Source: Chrysemys picta bellii | Taxonomy: Eukaryota | Reading direction: 5' to 3' | DNA: 64,000 nucleotides | Assembly: GCF_011386835.1 (NCBI RefSeq) | Contig: NC_088793.1 | Coordinates: forward strand, 101,618,001-101,682,000 | In this document: in pieces, positions 25,108-36,853 of the stretch | Position numbering within the stretch: position 1 is the first letter of the stretch | How the letters are laid out: every line of letters starts with the position of its first letter | Translations under genes and position numbers: made by a program | Notes under the pieces: generated by a model | Databases searched by the model: none | The model's input: the letters and a program-made list of their open reading frames with translations, nothing else | Told to the model about the DNA's origin: nothing

Positions 25108-25723
25108 CAGGGCCGGCTCTGGCTTTTTTGCCGCCCCAAGCAAAAAAAAAAGAAAACCTGTGGGGCGGGCCGGAAGCAGGGTGCAGGGGGACTCCCTGCA
25201 CTGCAGACATGCCCCAGGCAGTGAAGTGCGAGCCCCGGCTAGCGGGGGGGAGGGAGAGAGAGCGGGGGGGGGGGGAAGAGAGAAGGGGAGTGGCCAGGGC
25301 ATCATTCAGCGGGGTGCTCACCATGCGGCCACTCCCGCTGCACCGCCTGCTGGGAGGGCTCCGCGCCGCTCCAGTCGGCAGGCAGGGAAGGGCGCGGGCT
25401 GCCCTGCCAAGCTTGCTGCAGACCTGGCATTGGCTGGGGCAGATGGAGCGCGCAGCCTGCTCCCAGCAGGGCGCTCCCCTCCTCCGCGCCGCTGCCCCCT
25501 ACAGGGCCGCCGGAGCGGCGAACCAAAAAGAAAAAAAACCTGCGGGGCGGCCGGAGCGGCAAAGCGCAACCCCCCCCCCCCCCCAAAAAAACAAAAAAAA
25601 CCTGCAGGGCGGCAGGAGCAGTGAACCAAAAAAAAAGGATTGGAGGGAAGCCGCCCCTTAGAATCCTTAGAATCTGCCGCCCCAAACACGAGCTTGCTCG
25701 GCTGGTGCCTGGAGCCAAACCTG
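25108..25723. mobile_element. hAT MITE (CAGGGCCGG family), GC-rich
   Basis: TIR CAGGGCCGGCTC / GAGCCAAACCTG; 8-bp TSD GTTAATAA; single GTTAATAA at the unit-1 empty site (~10645). Confidence 0.85.
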
Positions 25724-28701
25724 GTTAATAACCTCAGGCCTCAGGGAGAGGGAGATTATCACCCTATACAGCCTGAAGCAGGCAGGGAAGATCTGCCACG
25801 GAAATTGATTTTTTTTTAAAGTTATTTTTGGAATTTGCAAATTAAACTTTTAGAAGTTTTTATTAAAAAAATCCTGGTTAGTTCTTGTGATACACAGTTA
25901 ACTTGCCTGCTACAGTAAAATCAATGGCATGCTCCTACTTCACTTACAATGTAACAAACCAGATAATAAGCAGTTATTGTTATTATAGAGGAATATTGCA
26001 AACTAACAAATATTTCTCATTCACAACTGGCTTGTCCAGGGCTGCTGTAGCAAGTGATTGAAATCCAGATCCCTTGCTGCCAGTAGGAAATATCTTAGGG
26101 CTCGTCTACATGGGAGGTTTACCGGAATTGATATTCCAGAATAACAAGCTATTGCACTTTAAATTCACACCTTATTTTAAACCAAAATAACTTTCAAGTA
26201 TAGACAAGCCCTTAGAATGTTGCTGACTCAGAAAACTGTTCTGTGATTGGATTTTCTCCTGTAATGGAAAGGACAGTTTTCTCTCAAAATAGCAGGGGTA
26301 AAATCTTGGTCCCATTAAAATCAATGGGAGTTTTACCATTGAATTCACAGGTATCTGGATTTCACAATTAGGTTATTGTTTTATTTTTGTGTCTGTTATT
26401 ACTAGAACCCTCTCTCATGTGAGGAATCCTTGTGCACATGAAAGAGACTTATTTCTACTCAATACTTCCCCAAAAGAAAGGTTGGTCTTGTGGTTAAGGC
26501 ACAGAGATGGACATTTCCTGTGTGAATATGGGTAAGTCAGTGCTGGCTTATTTTTGCCCATTAAAAGTCAATGGGAGTTTTACCACCAGTTTAAAAAGTA
26601 GCAGGACTGGATTCCTAATCTCTTTGATTGGGTTTTTCAAAGGAGCCTAAGACAGTTAAATGTCCATCTTCCTTTGAAATTCAACTTTCCTATCCATTAA
26701 ATGAGGATAATAATATCCATTCCATATGGGTGCAGGGAGACTTAATTCAGTAGTATAAGTAAAGAATTTGAACACCCATAAACTGACAGTAATATATAAG
26801 TATAAAATATTAATATTTATATTGTTTATTTGGTAAATAATGATATCATACAGATTTTAAAGGAAACCTATTTTTTAAACTTTTTAAACAGAAAAAAATT
26901 TCTGTTTCTCAGTATTGTTAGTACTTCCTAACAAATAGAGATGAATTTCACTGAAAAACTGATTTTTGATCTTTCTTTCCTCACTCCTCCCCCCTCTCTC
27001 CTGCCCCTTAAATGCCACAAGCCAGCTGATTGCCACGGGCAGGAGGCGGGAGGAGGAGGGGGAAGGCGCTGATCCTCAGGGTCCACCAGCGGGTGGGAGG
27101 CACTTTGGAGAGGGGGGGTAGGAAGGCTGGCAGCTTGCTGCAGACCTGGCATTGGCTGGGGCAGATGGAGCGCGCAGCCTGCTCCCAGCAGGGCGCTCCC
27201 CTCCTCCGCGCCGCTGCCCCCTACAGGGCCGCCGGAGCGGCGAACCAAAAAGAAAAAAAACCTGCGGGGCGGCCGGAGCGGCAAAGCGCAACCCCCCCCC
27301 CCCCCCCAAAAAAACAAAAAAAACCTGCAGGGCGGCAGGAGCAGTGAACCAAAAAAAAAGGATTGGAGGGAAGCCGCCCCTTAGAATCCTTAGAATCTGC
27401 CGCCCCAAACACGAGCTTGCTCGGCTGGTGCCTGGAGCCAAACCTGGTTAATAACCTCAGGCCTCAGGGAGAGGGAGATTTTCACCCTATACAGCCTGAA
27501 GCAGGCAGGGAAGATCTGCCACGGAAATTGATTTTTTTTTAAAGTTATTTTTGGAATTTGCAAATTAAACTTTTAGAAGTTTTTATTAAAAAAATCCTGG
27601 TTAGTTCTTGTGATACACAGTTAACTTGCCTGCTACAGTAAAATCAATGGCATGCTCCTACTTCACTTACAATGTAACAAACCAGATAATAAGCAGTTAT
27701 TGTTATTATAGAGGAATATTGCAAACTAACAAATATTTCTCATTCACAACTGGCTTGTCCAGGGCTGCTGTAGCAAGTGATTGAAATCCAGATCCCTTGC
27801 TGCCAGTAGGAAATATCTTAGGGCTCGTCTACATGGGAGGTTTACCGGAATTGATATTCCAGAATAACAAGCTATTGCACTTTAAATTCACACCTTATTT
27901 TAAACCAAAATAACTTTCAAGTATAGACAAGCCCTTAGAATGTTGCTGACTCAGAAAACTGTTCTGTGATTGGATTTTCTCCTGTAATGGAAAGGACAGT
28001 TTTCTCTCAAAATAGCAGGGGTAAAATCTTGGTCCCATTAAAATCAATGGGAGTTTTACCATTGAATTCACAGGTATCTGGATTTCACAATTAGGTTATT
28101 GTTTTATTTTTGTGTCTGTTATTACTAGAACCCTCTCTCATGTGAGGAATCCTTGTGCACATGAAAGAGACTTATTTCTACTCAATACTTCCCCAAAAGA
28201 AAGGTTGGTCTTGTGGTTAAGGCACAGAGATGGACATTTCCTGTGTGAATATGGGTAAGTCAGTGCTGGCTTATTTTTGCCCATTAAAAGTCAATGGGAG
28301 TTTTACCACCAGTTTAAAAAGTAGCAGGACTGGATTCCTAATCTCTTTGATTGGGTTTTTCAAAGGAGCCTAAGACAGTTAAATGTCCATCTTCCTTTGA
28401 AATTCAACTTTCCTATCCATTAAATGAGGATAATAATATCCATTCCATATGGGTGCAGGGAGACTTAATTCAGTAGTATAAGTAAAGAATTTGAACACCC
28501 ATAAACTGACAGTAATATATAAGTATAAAATATTAATATTTATATTGTTTATTTGGTAAATAATGATATCATACAGATTTTAAAGGAAACCTATTTTTTA
28601 AACTTTTTAAACAGAAAAAAATTTCTGTTTCTCAGTATTGTTAGTACTTCCTAACAAATAGAGATGAATTTCACTGAAAAACTGATTTTTGATCTTTCTT
28701 T
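25410..28701 (+). repeat. Near-identical 1.57-kb direct duplication (25410-26978 / 27132-28701)
   Basis: Only one substitution and one poly-C length difference found by eye; junction filled by a copy of 22240-22396. Confidence 0.95.
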
Positions 28702-29003
28702 TTTTGCCTTTGTTTAATTCTGCAGGGCCGTTTTATATTCTCAGTTCCACAATTACAACCAATGGACATTGTTCCATTATAGTTTCAAAGCATAATCCTG
28801 CACTAAATTAATAGTATCTGTAAATCTATTTTCTTGATATAATATGGTCAAGCCGTTTTTCACAATGATAAAAAGCTGTACAAAATATAAAATCAAGATG
28901 ACAATATTTTATTCAGAAAAAGAAATACACAGCCAGATTTTATGAAAAGGGGAAGGACTGTGAAGTGTGAGGTGAATAGCTCTATGCAGGATGGGATACG
29001 TTT

Positions 29004-30032
29004 TCAGTTTGGAAATAAATTCATTGTTGAACAATCAAGCTGGAGCATTTTACAGCTCACAATCACTTTCATTGCTTTTCGAAACCAAGGATAAAAGACA
29101 GAGTAAATCAAAGGATTAATGGCAGAGTTGGAATAAGTTAACCAAACCACAATGTCAAAGACAAGGGGTGGCGTTATGAAGTTAAAAAAAGCATCAGTTA
29201 TTACAATTATAGAATAAGGTGACCAGAATACCACAAAAGCAATCACAGCAATACCAATGGTTTTAGCAGCTTTCCTCTCTCTTCTGCTAACTCTGTCACT
29301 GTAAGTGTCAGACAAATGGGTGTTGTTGCTCATCATCTCTATCATTCTAGCTTGTCGTTTAGCCACAGCAAAGATTTTGCTGTAAAGTGCTATCGTTGTG
29401 AAAAAAGGTATTAGGTAAAGGAGAGTGGATACAACCACCCATGTTTTGTTGAAGAGAATCTGACAGCTCCCTACACAGGAGAGGGCATTTACTAATTCTT
29501 GTATCCCTTTGTCATTAGCCCCAGTGAAGACAACAGAAAAACTGTATACTATTGAAAATGTCCAGGCAACAGCTATGAACATGCCTGAAACTGGCACTGT
29601 GAACCTGAGAGGGTAAATTAAAGGATCAGTAACAGCAATGTAGCGATCAACAGAGATGAAACACAAGTGAAATATTGATGAATAACAAAAAGATAGTTCT
29701 AAAGAACTATGGAATCTACAGAATATTTCCCCAAAATACCAGCATGTTTCAACAGATCTTATACTACTGAAGGGCAGCACAGTCAGACCCAAACAAAAAT
29801 CAGCACATGCCAAAGAGGCGAGCAAAATATTTGTAGGAGAGTGAAGCTGTTTGAAATAAGCAACTGTAATTATTACCATTAGGTTTCCACTTAGTGTAAG
29901 AATTGTCAGAAAACCAAGCATAACATACAAAGTTATCCGGATTCCAGAAGACCACGATGTTTTATGGCAAGATCCATTAATATTCTCAAAGCAATATTGT
30001 GCTTCTTCATTCTCAAGAAGCGCTGAAGTCAT
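29004..30032 (-). CDS. TAAR: Trace amine-associated receptor, 342 aa, copy 2
   Basis: DRY, NSAINPLIYSVFYPWF; Glu at 3.32; intact ORF. Confidence 0.95.
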   Translation of the reverse strand: MTSALLENEEAQYCFENINGSCHKTSWSSGIRITLYVMLGFLTILTLSGNLMVIITVAYFKQLHSPTNILLASLACADFCLGLTVLPFSSIRSVETCWYFGEIFCRFHSSLELSFCYSSIFHLCFISVDRYIAVTDPLIYPLRFTVPVSGMFIAVAWTFSIVYSFSVVFTGANDKGIQELVNALSCVGSCQILFNKTWVVVSTLLYLIPFFTTIALYSKIFAVAKRQARMIEMMSNNTHLSDTYSDRVSRRERKAAKTIGIAVIAFVVFWSPYSIIVITDAFFNFITPPLVFDIVVWLTYSNSAINPLIYSVFYPWFRKAMKVIVSCKMLQLDCSTMNLFPN

Positions 30033-30556
30033 GTTGTGCTTTTGTTGTTAACTACTCTGAACTTTTTAGTGTTTGCATTTGTATGCCAATGGTGATGGTG
30101 TGGCACTGGTAGGTCAAGTTCTTCAGTATTTAAGTCTTTCTGGAAAAGAGAAGGTCGACATGAGTGAGAGTACAATAATTCCAAAGTGTTCTATTATGTC
30201 CATGAGTATACCAGAAATGTGTACGTAAATAGGAAGTAAATAATAGAACATGGCAAAATATCTGTTGTAACTACAGCTTTCACTGGCATTTTGAATTAGG
30301 TAAACAAGTAGCAAAAATACTTTATAATTGAAAAGTTTATTTAGGGTTTAACTGTATTTTTACCTATTCATATTTATTTACATTTCCTCGATGCCTGATC
30401 TTTCTATTTAAGACAATTGCAAAACTCCCATTGAGTTCACTGTAGTTGGATGGACTCCTAATGCCTTACCTTTTAAGAAGTTTTTCTTCAGATATAACCC
30501 TGTATTATAATGTCAATAGAAGGCAGGAAGAGATGCATGTTTTCAGTAGTGCTTTA

Positions 30557-30586
30557 TCCTCTGAGTTGTCTTAGGAAAGTTAATGA
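30557..30586 (-). promoter_or_regulatory. Candidate TAAR promoter composite
   Basis: TCCTCTGAG-N15-TAATGA. Confidence 0.5.
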
Positions 30587-32269
30587 GAAAGTACTGGCAT
30601 GCTTTCCTCTCAAAAATGAGGGGTGGGGTGATGGGAAAAACAGCAAACACAAGGGAAATTTAGCGATCATCCCATACAGTGAAATCCCTATGGTAAAAGG
30701 TGTAAACACTGAAAGATACGTAGAATCTGGAAAAAAACATCATTAAGCAATCCACTTTGATTCATCACAAGACAGTCCTTTAACTAAGTATATACTCTGA
30801 TGCATATGTTTGACCTAAGTCTCATTATCAGATCCTTCCTTTATTTTTTTGAAGGCAAATTTAACTGGCTCCCACAGCAACCAGGTGTTATCTCAGTGTT
30901 ATTACTGTAATTTTTTTTTGTTAGAAATACTGAGTAAGGAAACTGAGGTCATAGATAATGGTACGTGTGTTAAAGAAAATCTACCCCACCTTTATTATTC
31001 TTGCAGTGGGGTATTTTTCTTTATTTCTCTCTCTCTTTCTCTTTCTCTCTCTCATATTTTTGGCCATTTTTTCCAAACTCTGGGTCAAACTCATTCCAGT
31101 GCTAAGAATGGAGCAAGGATTGAGGCAGCTTGTGTCATTCCGATGTGTCTGCTGTGGTCCAGTGCAGCCCCCAGTGCAAATTGGGGGGGCTAAATTGCTC
31201 TCTCGTTGCCATGGCTTCTATAGGCCTTTTGGCTTTGGAATAGTCAGGGTGCAGAACTTCCCTAACTACACCCGGCCAGGCTGCCAAAATCCCCCCTCCC
31301 TCCTTTGGCTTATCCCCAGCCTGCCCCAGAAGTTCCCCTGCCCCATGGGTTTCTGAAAGTGTCAAGTTGGTGGAACAAGTTCTGATCTGCCCTGGAGGCC
31401 ACTTGCTGAGGGACTGTGCAGCTGCTGTGCTGGTGAGGGCAAGGAGCTGCGGGCCATATATGATTTGGTCCTGTCTTCATCAATGAGTTTGAGTAGATGT
31501 AGGCGTATGGTTAAGATGGCATTTCCATTACAAACCTATATTTTCCATGGCTTATAGGTTCCTCAGAAATGCAGGTCAATCCTTTAGTGGTGTTTAGGCC
31601 CTTAGACCTAGTCTATATTATGAACTTATGTCGGTATAACTACATCGCTCAGAGGTATGAAAAATCTACACCCCTGAGCCTTGCCACAGTTAAAGTGATC
31701 TCACCCCCAGTGTGGACAGCATTAGGTCTATGGGAGAATTCTTCCATCAACCTAGCTACCGCCTCTCGTGGAGGTGGATTACCTACGCCAACAGGAGAAC
31801 CCCTCCCGTCTGTGTAGGTAGCGTCTACTGTGAAGCATTTCTTTCACCCCTCGCCCTGCCACCGTGGGAGGACGTGCTGTTTTTCCCTCCTTCCCCCAGC
31901 CAGGAGGGGAAAGCACTGTTTTTACCCCCACCCCGCCGGGAGGGGGACATGCTGTTTTTACTCACACACACGTAGCCAGTTATTGTATGTATGTGTGTAA
32001 AAGCTGAGTTCTCTTAGGCTGTGGCCCCTCCTGTTATGGAGGGTCTCTGGGAGGGCAGGTGGCCTCTATCTGCTTCCAGCTGAGATCTATAATATTGGCA
32101 GTTGTTGTTGAGAGGGGAAAGGAGTTGGATCTTCTCTCCCTGTTCTCCTGTGTTTTGGATCTGCTTCTGAGGGTCCTCAGGATACCTGGGGGCTGGCTCT
32201 TCTCTTCCTTTCCTCTGGGGCATTAACACCATTAGGAGCTCTTTAATGACGTGAAATTCAAATTCAAAA

Positions 32270-34282
32270 AGAAAGCCTACAAAAAGGGGAAACATGGATG
32301 AATTGCTAAGGAGGAAAGAACAGTACAACCATGTAGGTACAAAATCAGAAAGAGTATGGCACAAAGTGAGTTACACCTAGCAAGGGACATGCAATACAGG
32401 ATCTTTAAATACATTAGGAGAAAGAGAAAGATGAAGGAAAGTGTTGGTCTTCTACTTAGCGGGGAAGGAGAGATAATAACTAATGACATCCAGAAAACTG
32501 GTGTATTTAATGCCTATTTTGCTTCAGACTAAAAAGGTTAATAGGGACCAGATACTCAACTCAATTAATACTACAAAAAAGATGGAAGGAACACAAGCCA
32601 AAGTAGCGAACAAACAGGTCAAAGAATATTTAGATAAGTTAGATGAATTCAAGTTCATTTTAGGTACTTAATGAAGTAGCTGAAGCAATCTCAGAACCAT
32701 TCGCAATTATCTTTGAGAACTCCTGGAAGATGAGTGAGGTCCCAGAACACTGGAGAAGGGCAAACATAGTACTTATCTTTAAAGTGGGGAACAAAGAGGA
32801 CCCAGAGAATTATAGAGAAATCAGTCAAACTCTGATACTTGGAAAGATACTGATACAAATTATTAAACAATCAATTTGTAAGCTCCTAGAGGATAATAAG
32901 GTGATAAGGAATAGCCAAAATGGATTTGTCAATAACAAAGCATGCCAAACCAACGTAATTTCTTTCTTTGGCCTACTGTATAAGGGGGAAACAGTGGACA
33001 TGATATATGTTGATTTTAGTAAGACTTTAGACCAGAGGTGGGCAAACTTTTTGGCCCACAGGCCACATAGGGGTTGCGCAACTGTTTGGTGGGCCGGGTA
33101 GGGAAGGCTGTGCCTCCCCAAACAGCCTGGTCCCTGCCCCCTATCCATCCCCTCCCACGTCCCGCCCCCAACTGCCCCGCTCAGAGCCCCCAACCCATCC
33201 AACCCCCCCGCTCCTTGTCCCCTAACCGCCCCCCTCCCGGGACCCCCACCACCTATCCAACCCCCCTGCTCCCTGTCCCCCCCAACACCTATCCACACCC
33301 CCACCCCCTGACAGCCCCCCCCGGGACTCCCACCTATCCAACCGCCCTCTGGTCCTCGTCCCCTGACCACCCCCTCCCAGGACCCCCCGCCCCTAACTGC
33401 CCCCGGGATCCCAGCCCCCCCGCTCCCTGTCCCCTGACTGCCCTCCTGACCCCTATCCACATCCTCGCCCCCTGACAGGCCCCCCCGACAGGCCCCCGGG
33501 ACTCTCACTCCCAACCCTCCCTGTTCTCCATCCCCTGACCGCCACCCCAGAACCTCTGCCCCATCCAACCTCCCCCTCCTCCCTGACTGGCCCCCAGGAC
33601 ACCCTGCTCCCTTACCCAACCCCCCCGCTCCCCGCTCCCCGCCCCCTTACCAGCAGCAGGAGCCTGCAGCCGCGACACCCGGCCAGAGCCAGCTGCGATC
33701 CCCACTCTGCCCAGCATGAGCGGCGGGCCAGATCGAAGCCCGGCTGCGGGGGAGGGAGGACAGCGGGGAAGGGGCTGAGGACTAGGTTCCCTGGCCGGGA
33801 GATCAGCGGCCAGGCAGGATGGTCCAGCGGGCCTGATGTGGCCCGTAGGCTGTAGTTGGCCCACGTCTGCTTTAGACACAATCCCACATGACGGTCTCTT
33901 AAACAAATTAAGGAAATGTGGTCTACATGAAATTACTATCCAGTGAGTGAACAACTGGTTGAAAGGCCTACTCAAAGACTAGTTATCAATGGTATGTTGT
34001 CAAACTGGGAAGGTATATCTAGTGAGGTCCCACAAGGGCTAGGGCTTGGTCTAGTACTATTCACCATTTTCAATAATGACTTGAAAAAGGGAGGGTATTC
34101 TTATAAAATTTGCTGATGACACTAAGCTACGAGGGATTGCAAGCACTTTGGAGGACAGTATTAAAATTCAAAATGACTGACAAATTGGAGAATTGGTCTG
34201 AATTCAACAAGATGAAATTCAATAAAGACAAGTGCAAAGTATTTGACCTAGGAAGAAAAATTTAAATGCACAACTAACAAAT
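32270..34282 (+). mobile_element. Old CR1 ORF2 fragment, inverted relative to its paralogues at 15794 and 43385
   Basis: KVGNKEDPENYREIS, NNKACQTNVISFF motifs; reverse complement of 43385-44520. Confidence 0.85.
33033..33869. mobile_element. hAT MITE with C-rich minisatellite-like interior
   Basis: TIR CAGAGGTGGGCAAACT / AGTTGGCCCACGTCTG; 8-bp TSD CTTTAGAC. Confidence 0.85.
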
Positions 34283-34726
34283 CGTCTGAAGCAAAATAGG
34301 CATAGTTTTCTGGATGTCATTAGTTATTACCTCTCCTTCCCCGCTAAGTACAAGACCAACACTTTCCTTCATCTTTCTCTTTCTCCTAATGTATTTAAAA
34401 ATCCTGTATTGTATGACCGTTGCTAGGTGTAACTCACGTTGTGCCATACTCTTTCTGATTTTGTACCTACATGGTTGTACTGTTCTTTCCTCCTTAGCAA
34501 TTCATCCATGTTTCCCCTTTTTGTAGGCTTTCTTTTTGAATTTGAATTTCAGGTCATTAAAGAGCTCCTAATGGTGTTAATGCCCCACAGGAAAGCAAGA
34601 GAAGAGCCAGCCCCCAGATATCCTGAGGACCCTCAGAAGCAGATCCAAAATGCTGGAGAACAGGGAGAGAAGATCCAACTCCTTTCCCCTCTCAACAACA
34701 ACTGCCAATATTATAGATCTCAGCTG

Positions 34727-34973
34727 CAGGGCCGGCTCCAGGCACCAGCATTCCAAGCAGGTGCTTGGGGCGGCACTCCACAAGGGGCGGCAGTCTGTGT
34801 GTTCAGCTGCCCGCGGCGGCAATTCGGTGGCTTCTGTCTTCCGGCTGAAGACAGAAGTTGCCGCCACTGCGGAAACGTGCGTGCCGCCCTAACGGCACAC
34901 GGACTGCCCCCGCCGTCCACAGCGGCAATTTGGTGCTCTGCTTGGGGCGGCAAAAACAGTAGAGCCGGCCCTG
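34727..34973. mobile_element. hAT MITE (CAGGGCCGG family)
   Basis: TIR CAGGGCCGGCTC / GAGCCGGCCCTG; 8-bp TSD CTCAGCTG; absent from the inverted paralogous arm. Confidence 0.9.
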
Positions 34974-36134
34974 CTCAGCTGGAAGCAGTTAGAGGCCACC
35001 TGCCCTCCCATAGACCCTCCATAACAGGAGGAGCCACAGCCTAAGAGAACTCAGCTTCTACACACATACATTCTCTTTCCCAGAGGGTGAGCAGGTTAAC
35101 CTAGTCTCCAATTTTGGGATCTTTCTGTACCGCTGGACTCTGTTCCCTGAGAAAGCACAAGAAAGCAGGCAGAGTATTCACCGTTCCAGCCCTGCACTTC
35201 TCTTCCTTACTGTGGAGCTGCAACTGCAGAGGATGAGCCTGGGAACCCTGCAGGACCAGTGCTGGAGCCTGGTAGTCCTGTCTTTTCAATATTTAATGAC
35301 AGTTATTTCACCCACTGTCTTCTCTTCCCAGTCATCCTAGTTCTACAATTTTATTATTGTTTCCTAGTGAAGATATCAAGAATTTTCACATTCTCATCAC
35401 TGCCTTTTTAATTTTTAGAACATTTAAAGTGTTCATTCACAGTCTGAAATTAGAGTCTAATGTCTGCTGTATCAAACAAAAATAAAAACAAAAAAAGAAA
35501 GAAAGGAAAGAAAAGAGAAAAACCCTTCCAAATATATGTTATACTTATGTAAATACAGCAGAGTGACATAGATGTTACTTAGCCTGTGAGCTCTTCAGGG
35601 CAGAGACTGGGTTTTGTTATGTGTCTGTGCCTGGCACTGTGGAGCCTTGATCCCTGCTTGGAGCCCTTAGGTGCAACCACAATGCAATCATACTGAGAGG
35701 AAGTTCAAAAACTTACAAGAAGAAAAACCAAAACAAACGAAAAAAACATTAGCTGAAGTTCTGATATCAATACTCATTCCACAATACTCTTCCATCTCAT
35801 TGACTGTTTCAGACCCGATGCCCTCTCTTCAATTCATTTAAACAATGTGATAGCGTTAAATCATATTTATTGAAGCATGCCAGAGAGGAGTCATCCCAGA
35901 GGTGGAACAAAGTAGATTAGCAGGGCTTAGGTGCGATCTTTATGCCAGCTATTTGGAATTCAATTGAGCAGGAATAGGTGCTTTTTGAAATTGTTTTATG
36001 TAAAGAGTAATACAAATGGCACTCCCATGTATCTATGCTATCATACTCTACATAAATTCTGTATGCATGCTGATTGTGGGTTTAATATTTCATTTTTAGA
36101 ATATCACATTGTTTAAATTAATTGTATTAGTATT

Positions 36135-36853
36135 AGGAGCAGCTTTGCCAGCAGATCGAGGGAAGTGATTATTTCCCTCTATTCGGCACTGGTGAGGCCA
36201 CACCTGGAGTATTGCGTCCAGTTTTGTTACACCCCGCTACAGAAGGGATGTGGACAAATTGAATAAAGTCCAGCGGAGGGCAACGAAAATGATTAGGGGG
36301 CTGGGGCACATGACTTACGAGGAGAGGCTGAGGGAACTGTGGGAGGAATAACTCAGTGCTTTGAGCATTGGCCTGCTAAACCCAGGTTGTGAGTTCAATC
36401 CTTGAGGAGGCCATTTAGGAATCTGGAGCAAAAATCTGTCTGGGGGTTGGACTATATGACCTCCTGAGGTTCCTTCCAACCCTGATATTCTATAAAGTGG
36501 GGTTATTTAGTCTAGAGAAGAGTGAGGGGAGATTTGATAGCAGCCTTCAACTATCTGAAGGGGGGTTCCAAAGAGGATGGAGCTCAGCTGTTCTCAGTGG
36601 TGGCAGATGACAGAACAAGAAGCAATGGTCTCAAGTTGTGGAGGAGGTCTAGGTTGGATATCAGGAAACACTATTTCACTAGGAGGGTGATGAAGCCCTG
36701 GAATGGGTTACCTACAGAGGTGGTGGAATCTCCATCCTCAGAGATTTTTAAGGCCTGGCTGGGACGATTTAGTGGGTGTTGGTCCTGCTTTGAGCAGGGG
36801 ATTGGACTAGATGACTGCCTGTGGTCTCTTCCAATCCTAATATTCTATGATTC
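36135..36853 (+). mobile_element. CR1 LINE 3' fragment (unit-3 specific)
   Basis: [36 protein letters not shown]; ATTCTATGATTCT tail. Confidence 0.9.
36339..36497 (+). mobile_element. tRNA-derived SINE nested in CR1
   Basis: TTTGAGCATTGGCCTGCTAAACCCAGGTTGTGAGTTCAATCC shared with the SINE at 11178; splits CR1 consensus GAGGGAACT|GGGGTTATTTAG. Confidence 0.8.

Noticed and set aside
24857-25718. Stack of overlapping ORFs on both strands (and again at 26928-27451)
   Set aside because: GC-rich MITE interior with few stop codons; low-complexity translations; the repeat is due to the duplication
32825-33975. Gly-rich / Pro-rich collagen-like ORFs
   Set aside because: Translation of the C-rich minisatellite inside a hAT MITE
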